DNA from: an uncultured Planctomycetales bacterium
Lineage (GTDB): Bacteria; Omnitrophota; Gorgyraeia; Gygaellales; Profunditerraquicolaceae
DNA: 60,229 bases
Reading direction: 5' to 3'
Assembly (NCBI GenBank): GCA_964579435.1
Contig: CAZOGI010000009.1
Span: forward strand, 1 to 60,229
Of this stretch, positions 26,776-34,700 are shown one piece after another (positions within the stretch are counted from its first letter, which is position 1; the number at the start of each line of letters is the position of its first letter). A program made the translations under genes and the position numbers. The notes under the pieces are model-generated. The model was not told the DNA's origin, did no database searches, and saw nothing but the letters and a program-made list of their open reading frames with translations.

Positions 26776-27159
26776 ATGAGCGAAAGCACCAAAGAGCGGA
26801 CCTTGATCACCCTGCTCATTATCATAACCTCTGTCATCTTCGTCATCGCACTCGCCTCTTCGATCGTCTCGACGATACGCTCCCGCTTCACCGGCGAAAA
26901 CACCGTCCTGCCGGGAGAAGACGCGGCGACCGTCTGGGGCCAGACACCGGCGGCCGCAGGAGAGACAACACTGTTGCCCGGCACCAACACCACGGTGCCC
27001 GACACTACCGCCACCTATACGCCGCAGGAGCTGCAACGCCTTCAGCCGCAGCAGCCGGATTACCGGCGCGTGATCGACGGCAGCAAAGAAGAATACCGGG
27101 ATTTCATGGACCGCACCAGGAAGAAACAGGCCCTTTCTCCCGCAAACACCCTGCCCTAA
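26776..27159 (+). CDS. Small single-pass membrane protein, Pro/Thr-rich, unknown function (only plus-strand gene)
   Basis: 127 aa. TM 'LITLLIIITSVIFVIALASSIV'. Preceded by TTGCAA-16 nt-TATAAT with the ATG 6 nt after the -10 box. Its stop codon overlaps the stop of the convergent LpxL-like gene. Confidence 0.5.
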   Translation: MSESTKERTLITLLIIITSVIFVIALASSIVSTIRSRFTGENTVLPGEDAATVWGQTPAAAGETTLLPGTNTTVPDTTATYTPQELQRLQPQQPDYRRVIDGSKEEYRDFMDRTRKKQALSPANTLP

Positions 27160-29105
27160 GGCAAGACCCGTCCGAGCGCTTTTTCCAGGCGCAAGCGGTT
27201 TTCCTCTAACAGCTGCGGCACGGGTGCCCCCCATGCCGCCTCGAGCGCTTCCTGCAGACGCTCTACCGGGGCAATACGCACATACCCCCGCTGGACGAAC
27301 TCTTCAAGGAACCGTCGATGTTTTCCGCCCGGGCCTCCTTCGAAAGAGACCACCCGGCATCCGGCGCTTGCGGCCTCGGAGATCATCGAGATGCTTTCGG
27401 GGGAAACCACCGCAACGCGGCACAGCCCCATTATCCCCCCTGCGGCAAACGGCCAATTCTGTTCGTTGGCGATCACGCTCAGCGCGCAGCGCTCATGGGC
27501 GCGGCACTCCTCTTTGACCGCCTTTTCCACTGAGGCGCTGGAGCGCCGGGAAGTCGACACCAGGACCTTTGCCTGCAGCCTTTCGGCGGCGGCAAAAGCC
27601 TGACACAGCACCCGTCGGGCGAGGATTTCATCAAGGCAAAACCCCCGCGCATCCCCGCCCAACAGAACACCCACGTAGGCGCCGGACTCCTGCAGGACGC
27701 CTGCAGTTGAGGCACACAGCTGCCGGGCCTGTGCCCGCGCCACTTCGGGATCGAAAGTGCTCAACGCCCCGAAGGTCTTCACCACATTAGCCCGTTGGGG
27801 CGCACGGTCATGCTGCGGGACCACTGCAAGGTCGAACCGGGAGAGCCCCAACAAGGACGGCCGCATCACGACGATCGAGCAGGCGTCGTGGAAACGGGAG
27901 ATCTGAACATTGACCGCGGCTACCGACTGCCCGCAGGATACGACGACATCCGGACACACCCCGCTGACGGCCCGCTGCGTCTGCGCATCCAAAGCCCAGC
28001 TCACGCACCGCTGGCACCCCTGGCAGCGATACCTGCCGGCCCCGAGGCAGCCGAGCGAAAAGAGCCGCTCTCGCCAGCGGCTGCGGAAACGCACCGGCAC
28101 CGTCACCAGCGCACACCGGATCTTGCGCTGCGCATAGAGACGCCCGACCTCCGCGGCAACCGCTTCCGCCTGACGCTGATGGCCGGCCTTTGAGTCGCTT
28201 AAAACCAGAACCGTGCGCTGCGAGGAATATTTCCAGATCTTGTACGGCCAATAGTACTCTGCGGGGTAACGGCGGATGAACCCCTCGTAAATGCGCGCGA
28301 GAGCCTGAACGTTGGCACGGATATCGGCCTCTTCCTCGCCCGAGCGCGAGACGACAAAGGCGGGGGCGATGATCGTTTTGATGCGGGGGCCGCTTTCCCT
28401 CGTGTAGTACGCCGGCAGAATCGTCGCTCCGTAACGCAGGGCCAGCTTCACCGCACCGGTGGCGAAGGAGGCCGTACGGCCCAGAAAATCGACGAGAACG
28501 CCGTTCTTACCCCCCTGGTCCAACGTCATGCCGATCGCCTCGTTGCGCCGCAGCGCCGAGACGAGCGTTCGAAGCTGGCTCTCCCGTTCGATGAGCCGGC
28601 ATCCCTTCTGGCTGCGGTAACGGTTCAGCAGCTCGTTGAGGAGGCTGGAGCGCTGCCCGCGCACAAAAAGATAAAAAGGGAATCCAAGGTTGGCGCAGAT
28701 GACATTGGAGATCTCCCAGCTGCCCGCGTGTACCCCCAGGAGGATGACGCCTTTGCCCCGGCGGAAGGCCTCCTGGACATGCTCCATCCCCTCGAAAGAG
28801 ATGTAGCGGCGGATGTACGCGGTGGTGATCGCGGGCAAAAAGAGCATCTCCACGATGCTCTGGCCGAAATGACGGTAAAACCGGCGCGTGAGCCCGTCTA
28901 TCTGCCGGGGCGAGCGGCCGTCGCCGCAGGCGCGGTTAATCTGGGCGAAGACGCGTGCCTTGTGCCGGACGTCAAAAAAGAAAAGAAGATCCCCGATCCG
29001 CCTGCCGCACCAGAGACGCAGGCCTACCGGCAGCGCACGGATGCAGGCGCTGAAAAATTTAAAGAACGCCAAGAGCGCGTATTCGGCTATGGAATGCTTC
29101 GGCAT
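27156..29105 (-). CDS. Lipid A late (LpxL/HtrB-type) acyltransferase fused to ELM1/DUF1022-like domain
   Basis: 649 aa. N-half has the LpxL layout ('GKGVILLGVHAGSWE', 'IGMTLDQGG', 'GAVKLALRYGATILP'). C-half is ELM1-like ('VLSDSKAGHQRQAEAVA', 'FDLAVVPQHD', 'VGVLLGGD', 'VSTSRRSS', 'VSPESISMISEAASAG'). Overlaps the lpxK 3' end by 47 nt. Confidence 0.75.
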   Translation of the reverse strand: MPKHSIAEYALLAFFKFFSACIRALPVGLRLWCGRRIGDLLFFFDVRHKARVFAQINRACGDGRSPRQIDGLTRRFYRHFGQSIVEMLFLPAITTAYIRRYISFEGMEHVQEAFRRGKGVILLGVHAGSWEISNVICANLGFPFYLFVRGQRSSLLNELLNRYRSQKGCRLIERESQLRTLVSALRRNEAIGMTLDQGGKNGVLVDFLGRTASFATGAVKLALRYGATILPAYYTRESGPRIKTIIAPAFVVSRSGEEEADIRANVQALARIYEGFIRRYPAEYYWPYKIWKYSSQRTVLVLSDSKAGHQRQAEAVAAEVGRLYAQRKIRCALVTVPVRFRSRWRERLFSLGCLGAGRYRCQGCQRCVSWALDAQTQRAVSGVCPDVVVSCGQSVAAVNVQISRFHDACSIVVMRPSLLGLSRFDLAVVPQHDRAPQRANVVKTFGALSTFDPEVARAQARQLCASTAGVLQESGAYVGVLLGGDARGFCLDEILARRVLCQAFAAAERLQAKVLVSTSRRSSASVEKAVKEECRAHERCALSVIANEQNWPFAAGGIMGLCRVAVVSPESISMISEAASAGCRVVSFEGGPGGKHRRFLEEFVQRGYVRIAPVERLQEALEAAWGAPVPQLLEENRLRLEKALGRVLP

Positions 29106-30138
29106 TGTCGATTATTTTCAGTTGCACGCGCAGGAACCACAGTGAAACCCCCGGGCCCAGGGCAGCCAGGTCTTGCGGCCGTATGCGGACCGCGTCTTTC
29201 TGGGTCATCACGATCTTAGTGATCCCCATCTCCCGGCACCGCCGCAGGGCCGACTCCAGATCGCGCGCAGAGAACCGGTGGTGGTCGGGAAAAATAAATC
29301 GCTCCCCCACGGACAGACCCTGGCGCTGCAGGAGCCGTTCGAACGAAGACGGATCCGCGATACCGCACAGGAGCGCAACTGGCGCTTGCGTTAGGACCGT
29401 TATCCCCTGCAGCTTCTTCTCTGCGCCGAGGCGCTGCACGCCGACGGGTTCATACACCGCACGCACGATAAGCGCCTGCGGGCAACGTGACTTAAGCAAC
29501 GAGAGCAACCCGAACAGATCGCCGGCGCCGTCGACTTTCGTCACCACCACAACGGATGCCCGCCGCAGCGCCGAGAGCGGCTCGCGCAGAAAGCCGCGCG
29601 GCAGGAGGAAACCGTTGCCAAAAGGCCCCGTCGCGTCAATGCAGACGATCTCCAGGTCCTTCCTGAGATGCCACTGCTGGAATCCGTCATCGAGCAGGAA
29701 GACATCGGGCCGGGCTTCGGCGAACGCCCGCCGGGCGGCGCGAGCCCGGTCTTTATCCACGCACACCCGAACCTGGGGAAGGTTCTGCTGGAGCATGTAC
29801 GCCTCATCCCCCATCGTTTCGCTGGTGCTCCTGTGCTCCTGTGCTCTTGTGCTCCCCTTATATCCCCGGGTAAGGATAACGACCGTGCGCCCCTGGGAGA
29901 TCAGATCCTCTGCGATAACCTGGACCAAAGAAGTCTTTCCGGTCCCGCCGACCGTAATGTTGCCGACGCTTATAAGGGGGGCGGGCAGGCTTTGGCGGCG
30001 CAGCCACGCGTACCCGCGGGCGAGAAAGACGCCGCCCCGATACAACAGGGAGAGCACCCGGAGTACGGCCCGCAGGCACACCCCATCGAGGCCGGTGCGT
30101 TCTCCGGTAACCACTGCATAAAGGTAAGACACTATCAT
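29059..30138 (-). CDS. lpxK: Tetraacyldisaccharide 4'-kinase
   Basis: 359 aa. 'ISVGNITVGGTGKTS' P-loop, 'LTRGYKG', 'LLDDGFQ'. Confidence 0.9.
   Translation of the reverse strand: MIVSYLYAVVTGERTGLDGVCLRAVLRVLSLLYRGGVFLARGYAWLRRQSLPAPLISVGNITVGGTGKTSLVQVIAEDLISQGRTVVILTRGYKGSTRAQEHRSTSETMGDEAYMLQQNLPQVRVCVDKDRARAARRAFAEARPDVFLLDDGFQQWHLRKDLEIVCIDATGPFGNGFLLPRGFLREPLSALRRASVVVVTKVDGAGDLFGLLSLLKSRCPQALIVRAVYEPVGVQRLGAEKKLQGITVLTQAPVALLCGIADPSSFERLLQRQGLSVGERFIFPDHHRFSARDLESALRRCREMGITKIVMTQKDAVRIRPQDLAALGPGVSLWFLRVQLKIIDNAEAFHSRIRALGVL
29825..29856. repeat. Octanucleotide tandem repeat inside lpxK coding sequence
   Basis: GTGCTCCT GTGCTCCT GTGCTCTT GTGCTCCC on the plus strand. Encodes 'STRAQEHRSTS' just after the 'RGYKG' motif. 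Confidence 0.8.
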
Positions 30139-30197
30139 TCTGTTTGGGTTTAAACTCCAACTGGGTAAAAGAGTTAGCCGGAAAGACAGAATGTATA

Positions 30198-30226
30198 ATT
30201 ATATCTCGAAAAATAAAAAATCCCAA
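30198..30226 (-). promoter_or_regulatory. Sigma70-type promoter TTGGGA-17-TATAAT upstream of lpxK
   Basis: On the minus strand: -35 TTGGGA (30221-30226, which is also the 3' arm of the trpB2 terminator) and perfect TATAAT (30198-30203). About 55-nt leader to ATG 30138. Confidence 0.55.
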
Positions 30227-30242
30227 GCTTTTTTGCCCGGGA
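30209..30242 (-). terminator. Rho-independent terminator after trpB2
   Basis: Minus-strand RNA: UCCCGGGC-AAAAAA-GCUUGGGA (8-bp stem including two G.U pairs) followed by UUUUUUAUUUUU. Confidence 0.8.
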
Positions 30243-30263
30243 TGAGGGAATAGATTGCCGCTC

Positions 30264-31610
30264 TTACGCGACCGGAGGCAGATCCTGGAGAGCGCGCGCT
30301 ATTTCGTGCTCGGGGTAGGCGTAATTCTTGAGTTCGCCGGAGAAAAATTTATCGTAGGAGGCCATATCGAGGAACCCGTGTCCGCTGAAGTTAAAGAGCA
30401 CACAACACGATTTGCGCGCGCTGCGGGCAACGTCGATTGCCGCCTTCACCGCGTGCGCGGTCTCCGGTGCCGGCACGATACCTTCGCACTGGGCGAAAAG
30501 ACGGGCAGCCTCGAAAACCTCTATCTGCGGATAGGCGAGTGCCTCAATGACTTTCTCGTGGTGCAGGGTGCTGACGATCGGCGAGCAGCCGTGGTAACGC
30601 AAGCCTCCGGCATGTATGCCCGGCGGAATGAAACGGTGCCCGAGGGTACACATCTTCAAGAGCGGCGTCAGGCACGCGGTATCGCCGAAATCATACCGGT
30701 ACAGGCCCTTGGTAAGGCTGGGGCAGGCAGTCGGCTCTACGGCAATGATGCGGATCCGGGGATCGCGCAACCGGTCCTTGACGAACGGCAGGACCAGCCC
30801 GCCGAAATTGCTCCCCCCCCCGACGCACCCGATGAGGATATCGGGTTTTTCCCCGATCTTCTTGAGCTGCTTTTTTGCCTCCAGGCCGATGACCGTCTGG
30901 TGCAAGAGTACATGATTCAAGACGCTGCCGAGGGAATAATTGGCCTCTTTATTCTTGGCCGCCTCCTCGACCGCTTCCGAAATGGCAATACCCAGGCTGC
31001 CCTGGCAGTGCGGGTCCTCTTTGAGGATCGACCGGCCGGATTCGGTCAGCTCCGAGGGGGAAGCGATGACGTCGGCGCCCCAGAGGTGCATGAGGGATTT
31101 ACGGAACGGCTTCTGGTGGAAACTCACCTTCACCATATACACCTTGCACCCGAGGCCGAACTTGTGGCAGGCGAAGCTCAGGGCCGAACCCCACTGCCCT
31201 GCCCCGGTCTCGGTGGTCAGGCGCTTGACGCCTTCTTTTTTATTGTAATAGGCCTGCGCAACCGCGGTATTGGTCTTGTGGCTGCCGGTCGGAGAAACGC
31301 TCTCGTCCTTGTAGTAGATGCGCGCCTTGGTTTTCAGGGCCTTTTCCAGATTGAGAGCCCGGCGCAGGGGCGTCGGCCGCCAGAGGCGGATGATGTCCAT
31401 GACTTCTGCGGGGATATCGATCCATCGCTCCCGGCTCATCTCCTGGGCGATCAGGCCGAGCGGAAAGATCGCCTGGAGGTCCTCTTTCTTGAGCGGCTGC
31501 TTTGTCCCGGGGTGGATCGGCGGCGGCAGCGGGAACGGCAGGTCGGCCAAGACGTTATACCAGGCCGGCGGGATGTCTTTTTCGGGGAGGAAAATTTTGA
31601 AGTCAGGCAT
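30264..31610 (-). CDS. trpB: Tryptophan synthase beta-like protein, TrpB2 type, standalone
   Basis: '[18 protein letters not shown]' (PLP lysine), '[11 protein letters not shown]', TrpB2-type N-terminal extension. Start set to ATG 31610 because a TTGCAT-17-TATAAT promoter ends 6 nt upstream of it. The 18-codon extension to 31664 would contain that promoter. Confidence 0.9.
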   Translation of the reverse strand: MPDFKIFLPEKDIPPAWYNVLADLPFPLPPPIHPGTKQPLKKEDLQAIFPLGLIAQEMSRERWIDIPAEVMDIIRLWRPTPLRRALNLEKALKTKARIYYKDESVSPTGSHKTNTAVAQAYYNKKEGVKRLTTETGAGQWGSALSFACHKFGLGCKVYMVKVSFHQKPFRKSLMHLWGADVIASPSELTESGRSILKEDPHCQGSLGIAISEAVEEAAKNKEANYSLGSVLNHVLLHQTVIGLEAKKQLKKIGEKPDILIGCVGGGSNFGGLVLPFVKDRLRDPRIRIIAVEPTACPSLTKGLYRYDFGDTACLTPLLKMCTLGHRFIPPGIHAGGLRYHGCSPIVSTLHHEKVIEALAYPQIEVFEAARLFAQCEGIVPAPETAHAVKAAIDVARSARKSCCVLFNFSGHGFLDMASYDKFFSGELKNYAYPEHEIARALQDLPPVA

Positions 31611-31616
31611 GGGGGT

Positions 31617-31645
31617 ATTATAGTCGGGAGAGAGGAGGAATGCAA
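31617..31645 (-). promoter_or_regulatory. Sigma70-type promoter TTGCAT-17-TATAAT for trpB2; ATG 6 nt after the -10 box (leaderless)
   Basis: On the minus strand: -35 TTGCAT (31640-31645), perfect TATAAT (31617-31622), ACCCCC, then ATG at 31610. Confidence 0.6.
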
Positions 31646-31680
31646 TAGAAAAGTGACAGGGCACCTGGTGATTAGAAAAA

Positions 31681-31742
31681 GAGCGCGCCGCTTAGTGGGG
31701 ATCTGTTCGGCTGACATACCTTTTGGGCAGGACGCGCTCTCT
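31681..31742 (-). terminator. Candidate terminator / structured element directly after the giant ORF
   Basis: GAGCGCG (31733-31739) pairs with CGCGCUC (31681-31687) and is followed by UUUUUCU. The enclosed loop is ~40 nt, which is atypical. Confidence 0.35.
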
Positions 31743-34700
31743 TTATTTCCTGACGAATTTTTGTACTTCGGGCGCCGTGGCGCCTGATTCGATGAACAAC
31801 AACACCTCCTCGATATCTTTATCCGTCGCGCAGCAGCGTTCCTCTTCGCTGCGCAGGATGTCGGCGGCGCACGCCAACACCTTGGCCATATCCGCAGGGG
31901 CGACGTTATTGCCGAAACAAGAAGCGACGTAGCGCTTGAGCCGCTCTCCCGACGGAGCAATGCCGCCGGCCCAGAGCTGTTCGATCTGCCGCCATTCACC
32001 GCTCAGTTGCTGGGCAGAAACGGCGTCGCAGGCAGCGGAAAGATGCGCGATCGATAACACTGCCTGTTGCGTCACCACCGGCAGCGAACGGAAATCGATA
32101 CCCCCGGTCCGGTCCGGGGTTACGCCGTCAAGGGGAGCCAGCGGGGCAACCGGGCCCGAAGAAGACGGCCCCCGACGCTCCTGTCTTTCATCTCCCGGAT
32201 TCCCGCCCCCCTGCCGGTACGCAGCTTCCAGGTCGGCGCGCGACACTTCGGCCAACACAACAGAAGCCTGCAGCATGGCGCGCAACTCCTCAAGGGCAGA
32301 AACCGTATTGGCGTTGCCAAAATCGATGAACCGGACGTTCCCGGCCTCATCAATAAAGATATTCCCGGTCTGCAGCACGCCGTGATCCACCAAGTCCCCG
32401 TGGGTCAGTCCCAAGGCGTGCAGCGCCCCCAGCGCACGCATTACCTGCAAAGCGTACGTCCGCCGCTCCTGCGCAGATTCAACCTGCAGCAGCAGCTCCC
32501 GCAGCGCCACACCCGGCGCCGGGGCGGTATAAAGGACCCTGCGGCCGGCGGCATTGCGCAGGACGGCTGCCGGAACCGACAAACCCGCCTGGGCCGCCTG
32601 ATTCATCGCCGCCGCTTCCTCTTCAAACCCCGCCTCGATCATATCCGCCACCGCTTCAAAGCGCCGCAGGTCCGCAGACTTGACAAAGAACCGGCGCGTC
32701 CCGGCCTGCTCAAAACGCAGCGTCCCCTGCTCGACGATCCTGCCCTGATTTTCTTTGACCTTTACCAGAACCGCACCCTCCCGCAGCGGGTCGGAGGCAG
32801 CCACTCCCAGCAATGCGCGTAACGGTGCCTCGGCCTGAGGCGCCGCCGCAGGAAGCTCCTGCTCAGGCGGCTTTGCGCTCTTAAGCTCTGCCAGCAGCGC
32901 GGCAAGCGTCTCGGCGGCAGCTCCCTCCTGCCACAGCAACACTCCCCCTTCCAGGAGCGCCCATACCGCATCGTCCTTGAGACCGCCGAGAACGCCGGTT
33001 AAAGCCGCATGCTCCTGACGGCGCAATTCCGGATGCAGCAACACCGCGAATATGCTTTCCAGCAGCTGCATCCGTGTCGCCGCATCCTGCGCCGTTACTG
33101 CTTCATGCGGGGACCGCAGGAAATGCGAGATCAACTCGTTCTGGCGGGTCACGTCTATCATGCCCATACCCAGCGGTACCGGGCGGGGCTCATCCGAGGC
33201 GCCCTGCGTGGGCTGCGGATACGCTGCCGCCGGTTTCGCGGCGCCGGCCGCAGCGGCAACACGCATCGCCTGATGCCGCTCCTGCGCCCTGCGGCGCGTC
33301 TCTTCCCGCCGCTGGCTTATCGCCTGCTGCGCCTTGGAGGAGAGCGCCGCGAGGGCTCCCCGCAAATCGCCGTTGAGCTTTCCTTTGACCTGCAGATAGG
33401 CGATCTTAAAAAGCGCCTCCAGATACGTCTCGGCGGAAACTTCACTCTCAAGCGGCATATAACAGGGATAGTTCTCGGCCAGCGCTCCGGCTTCGGCCGA
33501 ATCCTCGATGCCGATAAAGGCCATGTCGACCTTGTACTTGCGCGGCCGCTGCGCCGGGGCTCCCCGCGCGTCCGGCTTCTGGTATTTGCCGTTACGAAAC
33601 GCGGCTATTTCCTGTTTCAGCTTCTCGCCCGTGCCCCGGCTTCCCGTCTCCTGTCCGTCGGTGAAAACAAGGACCAGATTCTTGGTCCGTTTGCCGGAAA
33701 CCGAGGGGAATTCGGTCTCGCTGAGGGTATCCAGAAGCGCGGGAGTCTCAATGCCGCCGCCGTCGCCGGTCGTCCAGATCCGGGAGAGGGCCTTTTCGAT
33801 AAGCGCCTTCTTCTGCCGGTGACCTTTTGCCCGCTGCCACTCCCTGAAATCGAAGAGCCGGGTCGTCTTGGTGCTGATCGTCATCAGGCCGATATTGAGG
33901 TCCGGGTTCTTGCGCGAAAGGGCCAGGAGCAGGGAAACGTACTGGTAGAGCATATCCTCGATCGCCTGCCGCAAGACGGTATTGCCCTGGATGCTGCCGC
34001 TGACATCGACCACGAAGAGCACGTTCTGCGCCAGGCCCTTGACCTCATCCTCGTACTGCGGGGCCAGGAACATGCGCGCCGGATCCCCCGCCAGCACCCC
34101 TTCGGGGTCGATCGCCACGCCGCCTTCGGTAACGTTGCGCATCCCGACGCTGTCGTCGGTGGCGTCGCGGCTGAAAAGACGGGCATACCGCTGCATCCAT
34201 TTCTGGACCGCAAGCGGCAGTTGCCGGCGCTGGGAAACCTCCATCTTCTTCTGCGGGTTCTGCTCGTCATCCACCAGCTTCTTGCCGCCTTCGAATTCAG
34301 GGACCTGCGCATCGGTCTCGGCGATCACCTCATCCTTGACATGCGGGGAAAAAGCCGGGCCGTACGAGAGGGGGATCTCGCTGACGTCCCCTTTGATATT
34401 GACCCTGACCGTCTTGGTGCGGTAATAACCGCGGTCAACGTGCGGGTAGTACTGTGCCGGATCCCGCCAGAAAGAGATCCCGCAGCGCCGCAATTCTTCG
34501 GAGGAAACCGATTCGACCGCGGAGACGATCGCACGGATACGGTCATCCTCGTAGCGCTCGATCAGCCGCAGGTTGAAACGGATCGCAAAGGCGTTCAGCA
34601 GCTCCCGCGTTGCCAGGGCATAGGCATCGTCGTGGGCCGACTTGTTCTTCTGAACCGGCGTGATGAAATTGGCGATGCTCGCTTTCAGGTAGGCCGCGGG

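Noticed and set aside
26736-27234. Minus-strand ORFs 26736-27014 (92 aa) and 26770-27234 (154 aa) overlapping the small plus-strand gene.
   Set aside because: They have no motifs, no start context and Gly/Arg-rich composition. The plus-strand ORF has a perfect promoter and a clean TM helix. The plus-strand gene itself is still only medium confidence.
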